From: Gemmatimonadaceae bacterium
GTDB taxonomy: Bacteria; Gemmatimonadota; Gemmatimonadetes; Gemmatimonadales; Gemmatimonadaceae
Direction of reading: 5' to 3'
Assembly (NCBI GenBank): GCA_045803545.1
Contig: JBJMOW010000004.1
Location: 160,001-224,000 of the forward strand
DNA length: 64,000 bases
Position numbers and translations under genes: made by a program. Each line of letters opens with the position of its first letter. The stretch's first letter is position 1. Positions 60,235-64,000 of the stretch are shown here, in pieces. The notes beneath the pieces are model-generated. The model saw only the letters and a program-made list of their open reading frames with translations. It was not told the DNA's origin and did not search any database.

Positions 60235-61471
60235 CGCGGAGCTCCCTCAAGCGCTGCGCGATAAATCTCTTTTCGGGCTCCTGCTTCGCCAGCGCTAGTG
60301 CGCGCTCGTAGCTGACGATCGAATCGTCGGTTTGTCCGAGCCGCCGGCAGAGATCAGCGCGCGCGACGTGCGCAGGCAAGTAGTCGGTCAAGTCTCCCCT
60401 GACGAGAATTGCATTGATCAGAGCCAGACCGGCCGCGGGACCACTGTTCATTGCGACCGCGGCTGCACGATTCAGCTCGATGACCGGCGACGGGTCCGCG
60501 AGCATGAGCACGTCGTATAACGCCACGATCTGCGCCCAATCCGTGGAAGCTGCACTCGTCGCATCGGCGTGGACCGCCGCAATCGCCGCCTGCAAGGTGT
60601 AAGGGCCGAAGCGTCGCGACTGCAGCGCTCGCTCTACGAGCTGCGCCCCTTCGTCGATTTGCGCGCGATTCCATAGCGAGCGATTCTGGTGCTCGAGCAG
60701 AATCAGCTCCCCAGAGCTGGTTGTACGTGCCGCCCGGCGCGCGTCGAGCAGCAGCATCAACGCAAGCAAGCCGACTGCCTCAGGCTCCGGCAGGAGCTCG
60801 ACAAGTATCCGGCCGAGTCTGATGGCTTCGCTGGAGAGATCCGAGCGAGTCAGCGAGCCGCCACTCGATGCGTAGTAGCCTTCGTTGAAGACGAGGTAGA
60901 TGACGTGCAGCACGGTGTCCAGCCGCTCCGGCAGCTCGCTGCGCGCGGGAACCTCGTATGGGATTCGCGCATCGCGGATCTTGGCTTTGGCGCGAACGAT
61001 CCGTTGGGCCAGTGTCGGAGGAGGTGTGAGAAAAGCGTGCGCGACTTCTTCCGTTGTGAGACCGCACACCTCGCGGAGCGTGAGTCCAATCTGAGCATCG
61101 GGATTCAGCGCCGGGTGACAGCAAGTGAAGATCAGTCGCAGCCTGTCATCCTCGACGCCTGTCTCGTCGTATTCAGGCACGTTCATTTCGGGTACCTCCG
61201 GCGTCGACGCATCGATCGAGTCGAACCGCGCCGTCCGACGGGCTCGATCGATCGCCTTGAATCGCCCCGTCGAGATGAGCCACGACCGCGGGTTTGACGG
61301 GATTCCATCTTCCGTCCACTGCTCTACCGCCGCGGCGAATGCATCCTGCATTGCTTCCTCGGCGGTATCGAAATCGCCGAGCAGACGGATGAGCGTCGCC
61401 AACACGCGTCGCGACTCCGATCGGTAGATCGCATCGACCTCGTCGCGAACGCGCGCCGGCTCCGGTGTCAC
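60218..61471 (-). CDS. ECF sigma factor with a C-terminal TPR-like extension (ECF42-type)
   Basis: Sigma2/sigma4, LIFTCCHPAL, YLVFNEGY, GPYTLQAAIAAVH; downstream of a DGPF gene. Confidence 0.88.
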   Translation of the reverse strand: MTPEPARVRDEVDAIYRSESRRVLATLIRLLGDFDTAEEAMQDAFAAAVEQWTEDGIPSNPRSWLISTGRFKAIDRARRTARFDSIDASTPEVPEMNVPEYDETGVEDDRLRLIFTCCHPALNPDAQIGLTLREVCGLTTEEVAHAFLTPPPTLAQRIVRAKAKIRDARIPYEVPARSELPERLDTVLHVIYLVFNEGYYASSGGSLTRSDLSSEAIRLGRILVELLPEPEAVGLLALMLLLDARRAARTTSSGELILLEHQNRSLWNRAQIDEGAQLVERALQSRRFGPYTLQAAIAAVHADATSAASTDWAQIVALYDVLMLADPSPVIELNRAAAVAMNSGPAAGLALINAILVRGDLTDYLPAHVARADLCRRLGQTDDSIVSYERALALAKQEPEKRFIAQRLRELRATSPR

Positions 61472-61825
61472 TCAGGCCATCCTTTCTACGATCGGACGCA
61501 CTTCGATCGCACCCGAGCGTGCCGACGGTATGCGCGAGGCGACGCTGATGGCATCGTTCAGATCCCTGGCGTCGATCAGGTAGTAGCCGCCGAGCTGCTC
61601 CTTGGTCTCGACAAAGGGCCCATCGGTCGTCGAAACCTTGCCGTTGCGAATCCGAACAGTCGTCGCCGTGTGCGAGGGTTGAAGCTGATTCGAGCCGACG
61701 TGCTGCCCGCTTTGTTTAATGCTGCTGGTGAACTGGGTGTACTCGCCCATGTACTTGTCCTGCACGTCCTTGGGGAATTTCTGCCACGCTTGCTCGTCGT
61801 CATAGATCAGGCACAGATACTTCAT
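61472..61825 (-). CDS. YciI/DGPF family protein
   Basis: TDGPFVETKEQLGGYY, GAIEVRP. Confidence 0.9.
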   Translation of the reverse strand: MKYLCLIYDDEQAWQKFPKDVQDKYMGEYTQFTSSIKQSGQHVGSNQLQPSHTATTVRIRNGKVSTTDGPFVETKEQLGGYYLIDARDLNDAISVASRIPSARSGAIEVRPIVERMA

Positions 61826-61859
61826 TTTTCCTCCGACTCTGAAAGGGTTGTGCTAATTG

Positions 61860-61886
61860 GTCGGATAGTGTCAGTCGAAATCGACA
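61860..61886 (-). promoter_or_regulatory. ECF42-type promoter
   Basis: Minus strand TGTCGA-N17-CGAC upstream of the DGPF-sigma operon. Confidence 0.65.
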
Positions 61887-61893
61887 TCGACTT

Positions 61894-63681
61894 TCAGGAG
61901 GTTATCCCCCTCAGGATGCCGGCGCGGATCCGGATAGCCCTTGGCGCTGCATTCGGAACGGGCGAGACGACCGTAATTACCCGCGGAAAAAGTCGGATTG
62001 GCAGCTGCAGCGTCTGCGTTTGGGCACCGCGTTTTACGACCAGCGGCAACGTCGTCGCAGTAGTGCCATTATAGCGGTGCCGGAACACGTCGAACGAGCT
62101 GTCGTTAGTGATGGTGACTTCGCCGATCGACACCAGCCTGTCGCCGACAGTGAGCCCAGCAACCGCGCCTGCGCTGTTGGCGGCAATCCCGGTAATCGTT
62201 ATGCCGAGGCTATCAGTTGCTGTGGCAACGCCGAGTCGCGGCTCGCGTAGCGAATCGCTCTTAACTCGCAGGCCAACGAGTGCGAGGATCGAGTCGGTCG
62301 GTAGTGGCTCGCGTCCGTCGACGTATCGATGCGCGAAGTCGGCGAAGCTCTTTCCATTGGCTGCTTTGCTGACTTCACCCCACCAGTCGCTCGGCGTAAA
62401 GCCCCGGCCCCGTTTGTAGGCCTGGCCGTAGAGCGTCCGCATGACCTGATCGAGCGAATGTCGATTGTCACTCGCATCGCGAATCAGAACGTCGAGAACG
62501 AATCCGACAAAGCCGCCCTTCGGATAGTAAAGCCCGCCGCTGCCGTCGGTGGCGCCGATCCACGCATCGAAGGATGCGTCACTCAACGCAGTCGGAGGCG
62601 CCGATGCAATCGACGAAATCTCACCGGCAATGAAATCGAAGAACGCCGTACTATCGTGTACGCCGCCACGCGTCAGGCCCAGCTCACCGTAGTAGTCTGT
62701 AACGCCTTCGCTCACCCAAAGCCATGTCGTCTGCTGGGCGTCGTCGTAGCGGTAAGGTACGAGGTCAGCTGGTCTGAGTCGCTTGACGTTCCACGCGTGG
62801 AAGAACTCATGGGAATAGAGACCGGGTAGATAGCCCGCGTCGAGCTGAGTGACATGGACTTCGTCCACCTGCGACGCCTGGTGCTCGAGGCCACCGCCAT
62901 TCACCAATGTGTCCGACCGCTGGAAGATCGTGTAGTTACGGAAAGGTGCTTCGCCGAATACCGCGATGTGCTTCGGCACGAATTTCTGCAGCCAGCCGAA
63001 AGTACGATCGCGTCGTGCCGGAGTGAGCGAAGAGGCCGGATAGAACGCAAGACGGACCCACTTGCCCTCGATCTGGGTACTATCGATTGCAAAGCGACCG
63101 ACATAGAAGGGCATGTCGGTGAGATCGTGGTAATTGAGCGCACTGAAAGTGTTTGCACCCGCCGGGTCCATTCCGGTTGCGATGCGCCAGCTCGGTTCTG
63201 TACGCACGGTCACGCGAGCGGGCCAATCGAATCCGCGACCGGTCGGATAAAGAAAAACGTTGGTGCCGTTGAAGAAAGCGAAATTGGGTGCCGTCCACGC
63301 GACAGCGCGATCGACAGCGTTGGCGAGATACTGGAAGCTCACACGCACCTGACCCGCACGGCGCGGCTTTATCTCCCATGTCTGAAAGTCGAGCTTGCGC
63401 CACTCCAGCGACGCGCCGTTCTGCTGCGGCGCAAAATTCGAGACACGCCGCGCAAACCAGAGCAGCACGTAATGTCCAGGCGACCAGGCTGGCAACGCGA
63501 GAACGACTGGCGCCGTTCCGCTGACATCGAATGTCATCGAGACGCCCAGCTGATGGCGACCGACTGAAACGGAATCCGCGATGATCTCGTAGGCGACGTT
63601 GCTGATTGGCGCCGACTGATCGAGTTGTTGTGCGGCGGCGTTTGTGCCGAAGGTCAATGCAACTGCAAGAGCGCGAAGCAT
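61894..63681 (-). CDS. M61 family (glycyl aminopeptidase-like) metallopeptidase with PDZ
   Basis: PAWSPG, GGGLEH, HEFFHAWNVKRLRP, WVSEGVTDY, YYPKG, C-terminal PDZ. Confidence 0.9.
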   Translation of the reverse strand: MLRALAVALTFGTNAAAQQLDQSAPISNVAYEIIADSVSVGRHQLGVSMTFDVSGTAPVVLALPAWSPGHYVLLWFARRVSNFAPQQNGASLEWRKLDFQTWEIKPRRAGQVRVSFQYLANAVDRAVAWTAPNFAFFNGTNVFLYPTGRGFDWPARVTVRTEPSWRIATGMDPAGANTFSALNYHDLTDMPFYVGRFAIDSTQIEGKWVRLAFYPASSLTPARRDRTFGWLQKFVPKHIAVFGEAPFRNYTIFQRSDTLVNGGGLEHQASQVDEVHVTQLDAGYLPGLYSHEFFHAWNVKRLRPADLVPYRYDDAQQTTWLWVSEGVTDYYGELGLTRGGVHDSTAFFDFIAGEISSIASAPPTALSDASFDAWIGATDGSGGLYYPKGGFVGFVLDVLIRDASDNRHSLDQVMRTLYGQAYKRGRGFTPSDWWGEVSKAANGKSFADFAHRYVDGREPLPTDSILALVGLRVKSDSLREPRLGVATATDSLGITITGIAANSAGAVAGLTVGDRLVSIGEVTITNDSSFDVFRHRYNGTTATTLPLVVKRGAQTQTLQLPIRLFPRVITVVSPVPNAAPRAIRIRAGILRGITS

Positions 63682-63774
63682 CAGGTTCTCCGTAGGTTCC
63701 GACTCTTAGACAGAACTTCGAGGCGGTGGGGTTGTACCAATAGGTTAGCTTCTGTCTCAACCACCCGGAACATC

Positions 63775-64000
63775 ATGGAATTCAGAACACACATTGCGGC
63801 AATTGTTGCCGTTTCTTGTTTATGTGCCACTGTCTCGCGCGCGCAGGCTGCGAAAATCACTGCGCAGCCCACGCATCCCCAGCCCGGCGCGATAGTGCGC
63901 CTGACCGTCAGCGATGCAACGCGCGGAGACTCGATCGTTTCAATTCGCGGTGCGCTGGCCGAAGAACCACTCCACTTCCGACGGACTAGCGCCAACGCGT
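63775..64000 (+). CDS. Secreted protein, N-terminal fragment (runs off the right edge)
   Basis: MEFRTHIAAIVAVSCLCATVSRAQAAKITAQPTHPQPGAIVRLTV..., open to the window end. Confidence 0.55.
   Translation, partial: MEFRTHIAAIVAVSCLCATVSRAQAAKITAQPTHPQPGAIVRLTVSDATRGDSIVSIRGALAEEPLHFRRTSANA

Noticed and set aside
63681..63995. Minus-strand 104-aa ORF at the right edge
   Set aside because: The plus strand has a more plausible signal-peptide-bearing ORF from 63775.

Overview
A GC-rich, gene-dense bacterial chromosomal window of about 80 CDS. Gene content and style suggest Gemmatimonadota, but this is inference only. I found no rRNA, tRNA, CRISPR array, transposase, integrase or phage gene. Recognisable modules are: fadIJ beta-oxidation, ada, glpD, a folE/Rieske-oxidoreductase operon with a divergent SufR-like regulator, two cupredoxin lipoproteins, LOG/deoxyhypusine-synthase-like/greA, queG, DUF305-LVIVD, nickel-pincer cofactor genes larCEB without larA, an ECF sigma/anti-sigma/PDZ module, rnd, thiC with a TPP riboswitch, a divergently split SUF cluster (sufBCD | Rieske-sufS-sufU), two ankyrin proteins, tandem S1C proteases with a LuxR-type regulator, an ECF42-type sigma with DGPF/YciI proteins, and an M61 peptidase. 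The most interesting unexplained signals are non-coding. (1) Structured 5' leaders at 50675-51045 and 51745-51817 precede proteins with small helical N-terminal modules, which may form an RNA-leader/autoregulatory system. (2) A ~215-nt imperfect hairpin with heptad motifs lies at 41928-42142. (3) A palindromic, bidirectional ECF-type promoter lies at 28170-28206, with a matching site at 17187-17214. (4) A terminator sits in the greA leader. (5) A FYVE-like Cys-rich microprotein is encoded at 33432-33641. All structures were derived by eye, without folding software or database searches.
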